Shown piece after piece: positions 9,951-21,985 of a DNA stretch of 64,000 nt; position 1 is the first letter of the stretch, and each line of letters starts with the position of its first letter. The stretch covers positions 1,696,001 to 1,760,000 of the forward strand of contig OZ252149.1 in NCBI GenBank assembly GCA_965248755.1, read 5' to 3'. Made by a program: the position numbers and the translations under genes. The notes below the pieces were generated by a model. It worked only from the letters and a program-made list of their open reading frames with translations, did no database searches and was not told the origin of the DNA. This stretch comes from Candidatus Latescibacterota bacterium (GTDB lineage Bacteria; Latescibacterota; CBDEFO01).

Positions 9951-12437
9951 CTAAAAGGACGATCTAAATCTCCTCAGCCTTAAAGAATTAGTTACCACAG
10001 AAACCGAACTTAAAGCCATAGCCGCCGATGCAAATATCGGATTTAGCAATATCCCTAAGAACGGGTACAAGACTCCCGCCGCTATCGGAATTCCCACGGA
10101 ATTGTAAAAGAACGCCCAGAACAGATTCTGCTTTATCGTCCTCATCGTCGTTCTGGACAGCTCAATAGACGTAATTACGCCTCTCAAATCCCCCGTAATA
10201 AGGGTAATATCCGAAGCCTCCATCGCCACATCCGTGCCTGTACCTATGGCTATGCCTATGTCCGCCTGAGCCAGAGCCGGAGCGTCGTTTATCCCATCCC
10301 CTACCATCGCCACGACCTTCCCCTCGCTCTGGAGTTTTCTGACCGCATCAGACTTATCCTGTGGAAGTACTTCTGCCATCACCCGATCTATGTTCACCTC
10401 CTCAGCGATAACCGCTGCTGTCTTTTTGTTATCTCCCGTAATCATCACTACCTCAAGCCCCAAACTGTGAAGCTTTGAAACCGCCTCTTTGGAGCCGTCC
10501 TTGAGGCCGTCCGCAATCCCTATTACGCCTGCGATCTTGTCATCTACCGACAAGAATACCACAGTCCTGCCCAGATTCCTCAGAGAATCCGCCTCCGATT
10601 CGATCCCGTCTGTATGAACGCCGAATCTTTCCATCATCCTCTTATCCCCCAAAACGATCCTATTGCCCCCTGCCCTGGCCGATACGCCTCCTCCCGGAAT
10701 CGCCTCAAAACCCTCTACATCGGAAAGTTCCAGATTTAGCTCCTGCGCCTTTCTTCTTATCGCCTCGCCTAAAGGATGCTCCGAGTTCTTCTCCACCGAT
10801 CCCGCCAGACGTAGGACTTCATCCTCATCGAAGTCGTTTAAGAGCACCACATCTGTGACCTTTGGCTTACCCTCAGTCAGAGTTCCCGTCTTATCCAGAG
10901 CCACGACTGAAAGTCCCTGCACTGCCTCCAGACTCTCGCCTCCCTTGATTAATATTCCATTTTCCGCTCCCACTCCTGTCCCCACCATAATAGCTGTCGG
11001 AGTCGCCAGCCCCATGGCGCACGGACACGCTATGATAAGTACAGCCACGAAATTCAACAGTGCAAAGTTCAGGGCAGGATGGGGTCCTACAAAATACCAT
11101 ATCAAAAACGTCGCCGCGGCTACGCACATAACCAGCGGCACAAATACCCCCGCTATCTTATCCGCAAGCCGCTGAATGGGAGCCTTGGACCCCTGAGCCT
11201 CCTCTACTAACTTTACTATCTGAGATAGAACCGCATCCTTTCCGACCTTTAAGGCCTTGAACCTGAAGCTTCCCGTCTTATTCACAGTAGCCCCTATGAC
11301 CTCAATTCCCCTCGTCTTTTCCACAGGGATGCTCTCACCTGTGATCATAGACTCGTCCACGCTCGAATAGCCGTCCACTACCGCACCGTCCACAGGTATC
11401 TTCTCCCCGGGGCGCACCACGACTATATCACCTACAACCACCTCATCAGCAGGCACATCCAACTCCTGGCCGTCCCTTACGACCCTTGCGGTCTTCGGCC
11501 TTAAGCCCATCAGCCTCTTTATGACATCAGATGTTCTCGCCTTGGCCCTTGCCTCAAGGAGCCTCCCCAGAAGGATCAGCGTAATTATCATCGCTGAAGT
11601 ATCGTAGTAGACTTCAGGTTCCTGTCCTGCGCCCGCGAAGAGCCCAGGTGCGAACGTAGCCGCAGCGCTGTAGATAAAAGCGGCCGAAGTACCCACAGCT
11701 ATCAGTGTATTCATGTCCGCCGACCAGTGCTTCAAAGCCTTCCAGAAGCCGACGTAGAAGCGCCACCCCGCCCAGAACTGGATCGGGACGGTCAAGATTA
11801 ACAACACCACAAATATCATTTGGCGCGGCACGTCCTCCAGAAACGGAAACCATCCCTGATGAGTCCCCGCCATAACCAGCACAGATAAGGACGACGCTAA
11901 GACAAATCTCCTCAGAAGCCCCCTGTATTCCCTCTCTTTTTCCTCTTCCTTCCCGTCCACAGCCTCATCGGATACCTCCTCGGCGCTATATCCCGCCTCC
12001 TGAACTGCCCTCTTCAACTCGTCTATCCCAGCCGAAATATACTCCACGGTCGCCTGCTCGGTCCCGAAGTTGACATTCGCATCCGTTACGCCCTCCACAC
12101 CCTTCAAGGCCTCCTCCACTCTCTGCACACAGGCGGCGCACGACATCCCACCGATGTTCAGAACTACAGATTCTGTACCGACCTCATATCCTAACTCCTC
12201 AACCAGACTTTTTATCCTATCCGTCCCTGCAACCTCCCCCTCTAACTCCAGAGTCGCCCTCTCCGTCCCAAAATTCACATCAGCCGAAAGAACGCCCTGC
12301 AGGGCTTCGAGACCCTTTTGGATCCTGCTTGCACAAGCCGCGCAGCTCATCCCGCGTATGGGGATGTCGAGTTTCAGAGGTGACTCTTTGCCTATTTGGG
12401 AGTTTACATTATCGGAAGCCATAGCAACATCACTCAT
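9951..12437 (-). CDS. copA: Cu(I)-translocating P1B-type ATPase with two HMA domains
   Basis: Two [31 protein letters not shown] and MALSS motifs. Confidence 0.95.
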   Translation of the reverse strand: MSDVAMASDNVNSQIGKESPLKLDIPIRGMSCAACASRIQKGLEALQGVLSADVNFGTERATLELEGEVAGTDRIKSLVEELGYEVGTESVVLNIGGMSCAACVQRVEEALKGVEGVTDANVNFGTEQATVEYISAGIDELKRAVQEAGYSAEEVSDEAVDGKEEEKEREYRGLLRRFVLASSLSVLVMAGTHQGWFPFLEDVPRQMIFVVLLILTVPIQFWAGWRFYVGFWKALKHWSADMNTLIAVGTSAAFIYSAAATFAPGLFAGAGQEPEVYYDTSAMIITLILLGRLLEARAKARTSDVIKRLMGLRPKTARVVRDGQELDVPADEVVVGDIVVVRPGEKIPVDGAVVDGYSSVDESMITGESIPVEKTRGIEVIGATVNKTGSFRFKALKVGKDAVLSQIVKLVEEAQGSKAPIQRLADKIAGVFVPLVMCVAAATFLIWYFVGPHPALNFALLNFVAVLIIACPCAMGLATPTAIMVGTGVGAENGILIKGGESLEAVQGLSVVALDKTGTLTEGKPKVTDVVLLNDFDEDEVLRLAGSVEKNSEHPLGEAIRRKAQELNLELSDVEGFEAIPGGGVSARAGGNRIVLGDKRMMERFGVHTDGIESEADSLRNLGRTVVFLSVDDKIAGVIGIADGLKDGSKEAVSKLHSLGLEVVMITGDNKKTAAVIAEEVNIDRVMAEVLPQDKSDAVRKLQSEGKVVAMVGDGINDAPALAQADIGIAIGTGTDVAMEASDITLITGDLRGVITSIELSRTTMRTIKQNLFWAFFYNSVGIPIAAGVLYPFLGILLNPIFASAAMALSSVSVVTNSLRLRRFRSSF

Positions 12438-12445
12438 AATTATCT

Positions 12446-12718
12446 AATGTATCGGGTCAAAATAGTCTGCAGGTGATTATAGAGATCCAAAATAGTAAAT
12501 AGCAAACAGTGGACGAGGCAGTCTAAGTGAGATTGCTTCGGCCACTTCGTGGCTTGCTGCCACCCCAGCAAAGCGGCCACGCCGCCTCGCAATCACGGTT
12601 TAGGAGGCTTTTTCTTAGTCATTGCGAGGGGCTTTCGCCCCGAAGCAATCCCCGATTGAATCTATCGGGGACAAGGGAGGAGAGGCGGTGCCCCTGTCTA
12701 CTGACTACTGTCTACTTA
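12446..12718. repeat. Composite REP-like/palindromic repeat cluster
   Basis: GAGATTGCTTCG...CTCGCAATCAC, GTCATTGCGAG...GAAGCAATC, CCCCGATTGAATCTATCGGGG and CTACTG units. The first ~95 bp resembles 26735-26825. Confidence 0.75.
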
Positions 12719-12720
12719 AC

Positions 12721-13553
12721 TTAGGACGGGTACTCCCCTATTATCTCCTTTATCTTTAGGAAGTCATCTCAAGCGCATCTTTGTAATTACTCTGCCACAT
12801 ATTCCTTCCGAATATCAGTCCTGTCGCCCCAGCGCTCATAGCGATCCTTACCTTATCCAGCAGCTCCTCATCTCTTATCATACCGCCCCCCGATACCAGC
12901 ACAAGCGTCTTTCCCGCTGAGGTTACCACCTTTCTTCATCGCATCCTCAGTGTTTAAATGGAGCGTATTGTAAGGTTCAGGGAGTCCTTATGAGCCTGCG
13001 CATCGTACACTTGGATATTCAATTCACAACGCCCGCTCCCAACTCACACGCTACACGAGCCGAGTAATCTATCGCCTCTCCTCTGGGGTATCCCCAGAGG
13101 ATTAAGGGCATGCCGAACCTTTCGCAGTCTTCCCTGATCCCCATAATTTGGATGGAATCTCTTTCCTGAGCGGGAGAACCAACGTACATAGTATACCCAC
13201 CCAACGGCATCCGCTCCGAATCTCACGGCGTCCTGCACAGATGTCGTCTGCGGTGAGAACGCCTCTTTTTCAGACGGGATATTCGTCCTGCTGTTCAACT
13301 TCAACACTAAAGGCACATTGCCGGCGTACTGCCTTATATACTTCTGCACTTCTGCGCCAGACCTATATGAAATGCTATCCCCCAATAGCCTCCGTCCATC
13401 GCTAAACGGAGTTGAAATTCAGGGTCTATGGCTTATAGGTATCGCGAAGAAATCGACTGGACCGTGCTCAAAGAGCAACCTATGGAGTCTCGTCATCTTT
13501 CCCAAGCTCAGGTCCAGGTCGTCTAATTTCGGTCTTGTAACCTTGTCAGCCAT
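12721..13553 (-). pseudogene. Class I (DhnA-type) fructose-bisphosphate aldolase, multiply frameshifted/deleted
   Basis: Fragments [41 protein letters not shown] and GLIFGRNMWQ lie in different frames. Confidence 0.85.
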
Positions 13554-13605
13554 CGTCGCCTCCCGATTTCAGGAGTATAAGGTGATACAAGAGATGAATC
13601 AATGT

Positions 13606-15552
13606 CTATCCCTTAGTAGTGGTCGCCCCAACTCTCAAGGTACGTTTATCCCCACTTCTCTGGGTTACGGCCTTATCGTCGAAGTACTTCAATAGGGGCA
13701 GAGCGTACCTACGCGTAGTACCTACAAGGCCCCTGAAGGAAGATACTGTTATCTCTTTGTTCTCCCCCAGATACTCCACTAAATCCTTTTTTGCCTTTTC
13801 GATCATATCCCTGTGAAGTACTATAGATTCATCTATTCTCACGACGATTCCTAGGTTTTCCATCGCCTCCAGGATTTCCTCTATTTCATCCTCTTTCGTG
13901 CCCAGTTCCTGTGCCCATGTTCTAACACCCGAAGTTGAGTAGCCCTCCCCTAAGATCATCCGTTCGAGTTGATCTCTCAACATTTTCTGAAAAGGCGTCA
14001 GTACGATGGTATGAGACGAAAGGCTCACCAGGGCGCCCGATGTCTTAACTTTTTGCTGATCAATTAGGCCGCCAAGGATGGATTCGAAGAGCGCTCTGTC
14101 TATACCGCCGACCATTTTTCTTAGACTGTTCCTGTCTATGCCCACCTTAACGGGATTTTCTCTATGAAAATCCGTCAGAGCCGTGAGTATGCGCCCCCCC
14201 AGATTCTCCCAATTTCCAGTGTGAAATAGACCCAATGAGAAGTCATCGTCCAAGATCACTATTTCGCCATTTGGGGCGGACGTTTCGCTATACCTTAACC
14301 TCATAATCTCCGCTTTTAAGCTCTCGGGCGACATCACCATTTCCCCAGCCAGGGACTTCAACGGCTTAGAAGCTGCGGAGGACATCTTTACCCTCTCTAT
14401 TAAGACCCTCTTTGGATCTTTGTCCTGAAGCCTTGAAAGGCAATCCAGAACACCCTTGTCGAACCGCTTATGCTTTTCTGGATTTGCATCTATCACCACA
14501 CCCCCGCCTATGGTCAAAGCCGGAGAGTACCGCCTGATCACAAATCGGTCCTTAGCGGCCGCAGTGGTCGCGTCTTCCATCCTCAACTGAACGAGTGACG
14601 ACTCTCCGGGAGCAAGCTCGTCCTTATCCAGCAAGAAAACCCTGCCCATAATTTCCCCCGTCCCTATGTGGACCCTCACCCTTGTCCTGTTCTTAAACTT
14701 TATGTGCTTCTGTTTAGGAAAATCCTGAAGGAGCTTCAATCGGCAATCGAACATAAATGCAGGAGTAAAGTAACCGGGCTCTGCTACCACATCTCCCCTT
14801 TGGATTTGAGCCTTTTCTACCCCTGAAAAGTTCAGCGCTGCTCTGTCACCCGCAGACGCATGTTCGACATCCTTTCCGTGCGCCTGTATCCCCCTTACCC
14901 TGAATACCTCAGCCAGAGGAAGGAGTTCCAGGTTATTTCCCACAGACGCCCTCCCCGATATGACTGTCCCCGTTACGACCGTTCCGAACCCCCTCATAGA
15001 AAATGACCTATCTACAGGCATCCTGAAGATGCCCTTCTCGTTCCTTTCCTCCACATCGGATATATACATCTCTAACAGCCCCTTGAGTTCATCCACTCCG
15101 TCGCCTCTTATGGACGATAGGGGAACCATCGGAGCGTCCTCCAAAAAAGTCCCCTTTACCAACGCCCTTATATCTTCCTTTACAAGCTCAATCCACTCCT
15201 CGTCCACAAGATCGGCTTTAGTTATTACGACGATCCCCCTTTTTACGCCTAAGAGTTCTAAAATATCCAGATGCTCCCTTGTCTGAGGCATCACGCCGTC
15301 GTCTGCGGCAACTACAAAGAGCGCTAAGTCAACAGCGCTGACTCCTGCAACCATGTTTTTAATAAATCTTTCGTGTCCCGGAACGTCTATGATAGCAGAG
15401 TTATCACCCATAAATGCAAAACCCAGATCTATCGTCATCCCCCTTATCTTCTCCTCCTTCAGCCTATCGGCATCCGTCCCGGTCAAAGCCTTAACTAAAG
15501 CTGTCTTTCCGTGATCTATATGCCCGGCAGTGCCTATAATAACGTGCTTCAT
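13606..15552 (-). CDS. selB: Selenocysteine-specific elongation factor
   Basis: [17 protein letters not shown] and winged-helix C-terminus [13 protein letters not shown]. Start taken at MKHVIIG. Confidence 0.95.
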   Translation of the reverse strand: MKHVIIGTAGHIDHGKTALVKALTGTDADRLKEEKIRGMTIDLGFAFMGDNSAIIDVPGHERFIKNMVAGVSAVDLALFVVAADDGVMPQTREHLDILELLGVKRGIVVITKADLVDEEWIELVKEDIRALVKGTFLEDAPMVPLSSIRGDGVDELKGLLEMYISDVEERNEKGIFRMPVDRSFSMRGFGTVVTGTVISGRASVGNNLELLPLAEVFRVRGIQAHGKDVEHASAGDRAALNFSGVEKAQIQRGDVVAEPGYFTPAFMFDCRLKLLQDFPKQKHIKFKNRTRVRVHIGTGEIMGRVFLLDKDELAPGESSLVQLRMEDATTAAAKDRFVIRRYSPALTIGGGVVIDANPEKHKRFDKGVLDCLSRLQDKDPKRVLIERVKMSSAASKPLKSLAGEMVMSPESLKAEIMRLRYSETSAPNGEIVILDDDFSLGLFHTGNWENLGGRILTALTDFHRENPVKVGIDRNSLRKMVGGIDRALFESILGGLIDQQKVKTSGALVSLSSHTIVLTPFQKMLRDQLERMILGEGYSTSGVRTWAQELGTKEDEIEEILEAMENLGIVVRIDESIVLHRDMIEKAKKDLVEYLGENKEITVSSFRGLVGTTRRYALPLLKYFDDKAVTQRSGDKRTLRVGATTTKG

Positions 15553-16439
15553 TTTTTTCTGCCGCCCGATAATTCTGGCGAAGCGCACAGGCTTCTCAGA
15601 TATTCTTTGAGCTCTTTCCCTATATCTTCTCTATCTAAGGCGAACCGAATAATAGTCTTCAGATAAGATATTCGGTCCCCCACGCTGAACCACTCGCCCT
15701 GAATCTTATGCGCGTATACCTCTTTATTCTCTGCCAGGGTCCGAATAGCGTCCGTAAGCTGTAGTTCCCCATCGTCCGCATGAGGAGTACTTTCCAAAAT
15801 CTCAAATATGTCAGGTTCAAAGACATACCGCCCCAGGATCGCCAGATTAGAAGGGGCCTCCTGGGGTTCGGGTTTTTCCACCAGTCCCTCAACCATATAT
15901 ACCCCGCCTATATTTTTTGCCTTTATAACCCCATAACTGCTGATCGTATCCAGTGGTACTTCCTGCACAGCTAAAATAGAAGCGTTGTATCTATCGTAAA
16001 GATCCATAAGCTGTTTTATACATGGAACCTTCGACTTGACCAAGTCGTCCCCGAACAGAACCGCAAAGGGTTCGTTAGAGATATGATCCTTCGCCTTCAG
16101 TACGGCATGTCCCGTTCCCAAAGTCTCCTTCTGTCTTATATAGTAGATGTCCGCCAGCCTTTCTATCTGTTCCAGCGTCTCCACCATTGCAAATTCTTCC
16201 TTCTCTTTCAGAAAGTAATTCAACTCGAACGACTTGTCGAAGTGATCCTCTATCGCCCTTTTGTCCGATCCCGTAATGACCAGAATATCCTCTATTCCCG
16301 AACTTACTATCTCCTCTACGATATACTGCATAACGGGTTTATCTACTATCGGAATCATCTCCTTGGCCATCGCCTTCGTAGCTGGCAGGAACCTTGTACC
16401 CCTGCCAGCTGCGGGAATCACAGCCTTACGCACTTTCAT
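15549..16439 (-). CDS. galU: UTP-glucose-1-phosphate uridylyltransferase
   Basis: KAVIPAAGRGTRFLPATKA and ELQLTDAI. Confidence 0.95.
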   Translation of the reverse strand: MKVRKAVIPAAGRGTRFLPATKAMAKEMIPIVDKPVMQYIVEEIVSSGIEDILVITGSDKRAIEDHFDKSFELNYFLKEKEEFAMVETLEQIERLADIYYIRQKETLGTGHAVLKAKDHISNEPFAVLFGDDLVKSKVPCIKQLMDLYDRYNASILAVQEVPLDTISSYGVIKAKNIGGVYMVEGLVEKPEPQEAPSNLAILGRYVFEPDIFEILESTPHADDGELQLTDAIRTLAENKEVYAHKIQGEWFSVGDRISYLKTIIRFALDREDIGKELKEYLRSLCASPELSGGRKK

Positions 16440-16697
16440 CGCTGTCGTCCTCTTGGTACCTAACCTTAATAGTTATCAGTAGATTAAGTAGCGGATCTAA
16501 ATTGCTATGGAAAACATTCATAAAGAAGCCAGATTTGGAAAGAATGAGGTAACCCTGTCAATTGATTACGATATTGCTTCGCTTTCTCTCGAAGTGACGA
16601 TTTAGAGAGTGCTGTCCTGTCTACCTTAAAATGCTCTCTTTACTGGCAAACACACAGGGAAAGCCCCAACTACCTTTACCTTGCCCTGTCAACTGAT

Positions 16698-17495
16698 TTA
16701 TATTCCCTCAGTCCTTTTCGACTTTTCCCTCTCCTCCTGTGTGAACTCCTTTAAGAGGACCTTCTGCCTTTGTGTCATATTCGAAGGGATCATCACTTTG
16801 ATCGCCACAAGCTGGTCTCCGCGGCCCCTGTAGTTTTTCAATCCCAACCCCTTCAGTCTGAACACGGTCCCGGAATGAGTCCCTGGAGGAATTTCCATTC
16901 CCACTCTGCTGTTATCTATCGTCCTTATCTTTATTTTGCATCCAAGCGCAGCCTGAACAAAACCTATCTCTGCCTCGCACTTTATGTCCGTGCCACTCCT
17001 CGAGAAGAAATCATCGTCAAATGACGCTTTGTCTTCGCGCCGAACGCTACATTCTCTTACCGCAAATAGTATAATATCTTTAAAACTTCTTGCGCCAGTG
17101 CGAACTTTTGATTCGATAGCAAATAGAAATCTGTCTAAGCTTTTGAAAAGACTGAATAGCCCTTTGCCGAGCTGATTCAAGAACGCGTGGGAGAGATCTG
17201 AATATGTATAGTTCACACTCTTTCCTGCTTTTTTATATCCGTTCGTATTTTTATCATCATCGGTTTTTGTGTGAGAGTAGCCCGTCGTTCCTCTCTTTCT
17301 ATCGTACTCCTGCCTCTTTTTCGGGTCGCTCAACAGCCTGTAGGCCTCGTAAATATCCTTGAACTTTTCCTCCGCTATGCTATTTCCCGGATTGGTATCA
17401 GGGTGATACTCTTTAGAAAGCCTCCTGTATGCCCTCCTTAAATCTTTCTGGGAAGCACCCCTGTTCAATTCTAAAATTGCGTAGTAATCCTTCAT
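16698..17495 (-). CDS. DnaJ-class co-chaperone (J domain plus C-terminal domain, no zinc finger)
   Basis: KDYYAIL...YHPD; IPPGTHSGTVFRLKGLG...GDQLV. Confidence 0.88.
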   Translation of the reverse strand: MKDYYAILELNRGASQKDLRRAYRRLSKEYHPDTNPGNSIAEEKFKDIYEAYRLLSDPKKRQEYDRKRGTTGYSHTKTDDDKNTNGYKKAGKSVNYTYSDLSHAFLNQLGKGLFSLFKSLDRFLFAIESKVRTGARSFKDIILFAVRECSVRREDKASFDDDFFSRSGTDIKCEAEIGFVQAALGCKIKIRTIDNSRVGMEIPPGTHSGTVFRLKGLGLKNYRGRGDQLVAIKVMIPSNMTQRQKVLLKEFTQEEREKSKRTEGI

Positions 17496-17635
17496 AGCGT
17501 TGACTACTTCTTAAGCTGGACCAATTCAAAGAGTTCGACACGCCAGTCTAGATGACACCGTCTGGTCGTCGCGTCCAGCTTATAACCCAAAAATTTGGTA
17601 TTTGTCTTCAACATTTTGAAGTTTCTTATATATCT

Positions 17636-17707
17636 GCATAACGCTCGGCATCACCGACGGGTAAGAAGCGTAGCGTAACCTACGTCCGTTCCAAGCAGTT
17701 GTTAGAA
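17636..17707 (-). mobile_element. Integron attC site
   Basis: Minus strand TTCTAAC-AACTGCTTGGAACGGAC...CGTCGGTGATGCCGAGC-GTTATGC, a 72-bp imperfect hairpin starting 6 nt after the stop codon. Confidence 0.8.
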
Positions 17708-17713
17708 AGCTCT

Positions 17714-18508
17714 CTACTCCTTCATTGCTACAATAGCGAAATACTGCTGGACGTAAGTCAGCATATGAAACCAGCTTCCCGGGCGAGCTTGGGCGTTGTG
17801 CTGCAGATGGATCGGAGCTGCATAAACACCACGGATGGACAGCCCTGCGGCGAGGATCCCATTGAAGATGTCACTAAGCAGATGTCGGAACTCGACAGCA
17901 CCATGAGCATCATTCTCAATCCGTCCCCCGGCATACGGGACGCCGATCTGATACCCCTCCCCATTCCAGGAATCATTCTCCACAACCTGCGTAGCTGGGT
18001 TGCAGTGACCCACTCGGTAGAGCCCGCCGGTTCTCAACACCCTGGCAACCTCTGCATAGACCTCTCCAACATGGGGTACATACCCCAAGGAGAGCGCTTG
18101 GTACACCAAGTCAAAGGAATCATCGCCTAGAAAAGAGAGGTTCCGCATGTCCGCTCGAATAGTAGCTACCTCATATCCGTAGTGTGCCGCTGCTTCCCTA
18201 TCTCCATCTAGCTGCCCCTCGGTCAGATCCACCCCTGTCACCCGCGCACCAAGAAGGCCAAACACGGCTGACTGCTGGCCACCGCCGGATGCCAGACAAA
18301 GCACGTCTTTGCCGTCTACCCCTGCCAGAACAGAAGTCGGGTATATAAAAAGAAGCGGATCGGGATCGGGACTCAAAGAGCCGTCGGCATACTGCAGAAG
18401 CAGTCCGCCGTCCAAGTCGAGCCACGGCTGGGTGAACCCACATCCCTCCTTCACCATCTTCTCCCAGTGCTGCTCATTTGCAGCTGCAGTCTCGTCTTGT
18501 TTGCTCAC
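17714..18508 (-). CDS. Class I SAM-dependent methyltransferase (gene cassette)
   Basis: VLCLASGGGQQ motif I, GVDL, ADMRNL, SFDLV, RVLRTGG. Confidence 0.9.
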   Translation of the reverse strand: MSKQDETAAANEQHWEKMVKEGCGFTQPWLDLDGGLLLQYADGSLSPDPDPLLFIYPTSVLAGVDGKDVLCLASGGGQQSAVFGLLGARVTGVDLTEGQLDGDREAAAHYGYEVATIRADMRNLSFLGDDSFDLVYQALSLGYVPHVGEVYAEVARVLRTGGLYRVGHCNPATQVVENDSWNGEGYQIGVPYAGGRIENDAHGAVEFRHLLSDIFNGILAAGLSIRGVYAAPIHLQHNAQARPGSWFHMLTYVQQYFAIVAMKE

Positions 18509-18756
18509 GTTTCATCAGCTTTCTAACTATAATTATGCCATATAGTGGGTACCCTTATTACATAAAGAGGAATCTTCATTCGTGGCAGTGCCTCTCTAAT
18601 TTTGGGGATTGTTTTTGTAATTATGCAACGTAGCTATAATCTAATTCAATCTCTCAATTGATGCACTGGCTTTTATTCGGGTTAAGGACGTCTACAGAAG
18701 TGCCGTTAGGGTAATGCGTGATCTATCCTTCATAAGTAGACGATAACGCAGATATT

Positions 18757-19671
18757 TCATTCCAAAGGCTCCACTACAGCCCCGTCAATGTCAGGATCCA
18801 AAATTAGTATCTTCGATTTCACGTCGGCATCTGCCCACGCCTCTTGCATGCTCTTCCCGACCCTTTCCCAATTATCCTTTACGAGGGCAAAAAGCGATGG
18901 GCCAGCACCGCTTATAGCTACTCCCAGAGCACCGCACTCAAAAGCCGCATCGAATACAGCCCGCATGCCCGGTATTAGACTTTCTCTGTAAGGCTGATGG
19001 AGAAAATCCTCCATAGCCGACTTCAAACGTCCATAATCTCCCGATACAAACGACGCCACTAAGAGAGCTGTCCTGCTTAGATTGCGTACTGCATTCTCCA
19101 GACTCACGTTCTCTGGCAGCACGCGCCTGGCTTTTTCCGTGGCAAGCTCAAAATTCGGCACAGCGACCACGAATTTCAGATCCTGGGGAGACTCCAACCT
19201 GATGTACTCGATTCCTCCATCCCCTCTGGACGAAACCACAAATCCTCCAACAAGAGATGCAACGGCGTTATCAGGATGACCCTCCAGTTCTGAAGCTATA
19301 TCTATTATCCTGCTATCTGAATACTTACCTTTGCTGAGATGTCTTGCCGCTGTCAAGCCTGCAATCCTGGCCGCAGCGCTGCTCCCCAGACCTCTTGATA
19401 TCGGTATTTTATTCTCCAGAAATATACTTAAACCCGGAATTTGGACGCCCGCCTCGTCAAAGCCTCTTACCATCGCCCGATAGACTATATTATCTTTGTC
19501 GAGAGATATAACCTCTTCCCCTTCCCCCTCTATTTCAATTTCCAAATCTTCCCTATTGAGGACCTGGACGACGACTCTGTTGTAGAGCTTCAAGGCCATC
19601 CCCAAAGAATCAAATCCCGGACCTAAGTTTGCTGCGCTTGCCGGAACTTTGACCTGAACACCCCTCACCAC
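18757..19671 (-). CDS. thrB: Homoserine kinase
   Basis: VPASAANLGPGFD, PISRGLGSSAA, EGHPDN, SGAGPS. Start set at the GTG after a GGAGG RBS. Confidence 0.95.
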   Translation of the reverse strand: MVRGVQVKVPASAANLGPGFDSLGMALKLYNRVVVQVLNREDLEIEIEGEGEEVISLDKDNIVYRAMVRGFDEAGVQIPGLSIFLENKIPISRGLGSSAAARIAGLTAARHLSKGKYSDSRIIDIASELEGHPDNAVASLVGGFVVSSRGDGGIEYIRLESPQDLKFVVAVPNFELATEKARRVLPENVSLENAVRNLSRTALLVASFVSGDYGRLKSAMEDFLHQPYRESLIPGMRAVFDAAFECGALGVAISGAGPSLFALVKDNWERVGKSMQEAWADADVKSKILILDPDIDGAVVEPLE

Positions 19672-20819
19672 CTTTCCTCCACAGCCGCCGCCAACTCCTC
19701 TATAACTGAGTCTGCGACCATAAAGCCGCTCTGAGTCAGCCTTATGTTCCCGCCGGAATCCTCTATCAGTCTCTTCTCGATTAGGGGTCCCAGACACTTT
19801 CTTGCCTTTTCCCTGTAATCAAAGCTATGTCTCTCGTAAAAACCCTTCAAATCGATCCCCTCACCCGTTCTGAGCCCGAGAAAAATTGATTCACATATGC
19901 GCTCGTCTTCTGACAGCACCTCCTCATCTTCGAGGACATCCATGCCCTTTTCCAGCCTATCCACGTAATCTCTGGTCTTAAATACGTTCCAGAACCTCCT
20001 GCCATCCAAGAAAGAATGAGCCGACGTTCCCACGCCCATATACTCTGAACCGTCCCAGTAGCTTTGGTTGTGCCTCGATTGAAAGCCTGTCTTTGAAAAG
20101 TTGGAGATCTCATAATGCTCGTAGCCCCGATCCTCCAAACGCTCCATGGCTATCTTGTACATCCGCCCCTGAGTCCCCTCGGTCGGAAGGTTCAATCTCC
20201 CGCGCTTATACATCCTGTCGAACGGTGTCCCCGGCTCAATAGTAAGACCGTAAATGGAAATATGCTCAGGAGAAAGGTCCAAAGCCACGTCTAAGTCCTC
20301 CTCCCAGGATCTCAAGTCCCCACCTGGAGCGCCGAAGATTAAGTCTATATTTATATTTTCAAATCCCGCTTTTCTGGCCAAATTAAACGCCTCAACTGCT
20401 TCAGTTGAACTATGGTCCCTGTATAGGGAATTCAACACCCTATCGTTAAACGACTGGACGCCCAGGTTGATCCGATTTATTCCCAAATCCCTTATATCCC
20501 GCAATTTATCTATATCCAGAGTCCCCGGATTTGCCTCAAGCGTAATCTCCGCGTTATCCACCCATCGCCAATATTTATATACAGACCTCAGTACTCCCTT
20601 AAGCTGCTCTACAGAAAGGACCGTAGGCGTTCCTCCACCGATGTACACAGTATCAAACGCCCTATCCACACACACCCTTTCGGACTTAATCTTCATCTCC
20701 ATTTCAAGGGCATCCAGATACCTATCTATAAACTCCGACCTTCCCGTCGTCACGGAAAAGGAACAGTAGGGGCATATTCTGCGACAGAAAGGGATGTGTA
20801 TGTAAAGCCCTATAGACAT
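19665..20819 (-). CDS. hemW: Radical SAM heme chaperone (HemN-like)
   Basis: YIHIPFCRRICPYCSF, GGGTP, HYEISNF and HNQSYW. Confidence 0.9.
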   Translation of the reverse strand: MSIGLYIHIPFCRRICPYCSFSVTTGRSEFIDRYLDALEMEMKIKSERVCVDRAFDTVYIGGGTPTVLSVEQLKGVLRSVYKYWRWVDNAEITLEANPGTLDIDKLRDIRDLGINRINLGVQSFNDRVLNSLYRDHSSTEAVEAFNLARKAGFENINIDLIFGAPGGDLRSWEEDLDVALDLSPEHISIYGLTIEPGTPFDRMYKRGRLNLPTEGTQGRMYKIAMERLEDRGYEHYEISNFSKTGFQSRHNQSYWDGSEYMGVGTSAHSFLDGRRFWNVFKTRDYVDRLEKGMDVLEDEEVLSEDERICESIFLGLRTGEGIDLKGFYERHSFDYREKARKCLGPLIEKRLIEDSGGNIRLTQSGFMVADSVIEELAAAVEERW

Positions 20820-20854
20820 ATTGTTGAGAAGATAGTGTGAGAATGTTTCACTCT

Positions 20855-21985
20855 TTAACGCTCATCCACAGGCACATAAGGAACGTCCCTCGGGCCGATA
20901 TATTGTGATTTTGGCCTTATAATACGGTTGTCCTCAAGCTGTTCTATGATATGTCCCGTCCATCCCACGATTCTGCTGACCGCAAAGATCGGCGTAAACA
21001 GATCTAGCGGAATGCCCATAGCATAATAGACCGAAGCCGAGTAGAAATCCACGTTTGTCCATATCCCCTTTTCGCCCATCCCTGCGTCCATCATAGTATC
21101 CTCGATCTTCCTTGAAATCTCGTACCACTTACTGTTTCCGGACTTTTCTCCTAATTTCTTGGACAGCCGCCTTAAGTGAGGAACCCTCGGGTCCTCTGTC
21201 TTATAGACCGCATGCCCGAATCCCATAATCCTTTCTTGACGGGCCAGAGCGTCCTTTACATATCCCTCCGCCTTATCCACATCCCCTATCTTCAAGACCA
21301 ACCGAATCACCTGTTCATTAGCCCCCCCGTGAAGCGGTCCTTTAAGAGTCCCCAGAGCCGAGACGACGGCAGAATACATATCTGAAAGTGTAGCTATTGT
21401 CACCCTTGAGGAGAACGTCGAAGCGTTGAAACCGTGATCTGCATGCAGGATAAGGCTTAGATCGAACCCTTCGGCTGTGTCCTCATCCGGCCTTTCTCCG
21501 TTTAGCATGTACAGAAAATTCGCCGCATGGCCTAGGTTCGGATCAGGTTGGATCGGTTCGTTCCCGTTTCTTATTCTATCGTAAGCCGCCACGAAGGTGG
21601 ACATCTTCGCTGTGAGCCTTATTGCTTTTTTGAGGTTTACCTCTCTGGAATAATCGTCATCAGGATCGGGATCGTAAAGACCGAGCTGAGACACCGCCGT
21701 CCTGAGCGCCCCCATAGGAGGAGCATCCTTGGGAAACAATTTAATTAAATCTATAATTTCGCTGTCTAACTCCCTATTCTTCAGAAGCTCTTTAGATAGT
21801 TCATCCAACTGTTCCCTTGTCGGAAGCCTTCCGAACCATAGGAGATAAGCGGTCTCTTCAAACGTAGAGTTCTGGGCCAGATCGTGAATGTCAATCCCTT
21901 GATATATCAACTCCCCCTTAGTGCCGTCAATGGTGCTCAGCGCCGTGTTTCCAGCTATGACTCCCCTTAATCCTTTTTCTCCCAT
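20855..21985 (-). CDS. gltA: Citrate synthase
   Basis: HADHGFNAST, GPLHGGA, MGFGH and NVDFYS. Confidence 0.92.
   Translation of the reverse strand: MGEKGLRGVIAGNTALSTIDGTKGELIYQGIDIHDLAQNSTFEETAYLLWFGRLPTREQLDELSKELLKNRELDSEIIDLIKLFPKDAPPMGALRTAVSQLGLYDPDPDDDYSREVNLKKAIRLTAKMSTFVAAYDRIRNGNEPIQPDPNLGHAANFLYMLNGERPDEDTAEGFDLSLILHADHGFNASTFSSRVTIATLSDMYSAVVSALGTLKGPLHGGANEQVIRLVLKIGDVDKAEGYVKDALARQERIMGFGHAVYKTEDPRVPHLRRLSKKLGEKSGNSKWYEISRKIEDTMMDAGMGEKGIWTNVDFYSASVYYAMGIPLDLFTPIFAVSRIVGWTGHIIEQLEDNRIIRPKSQYIGPRDVPYVPVDER

Noticed and set aside
12446..12718. Repeat clusters as CRISPR arrays
   Set aside because: There is no regular repeat-spacer periodicity and no cas gene in the window.
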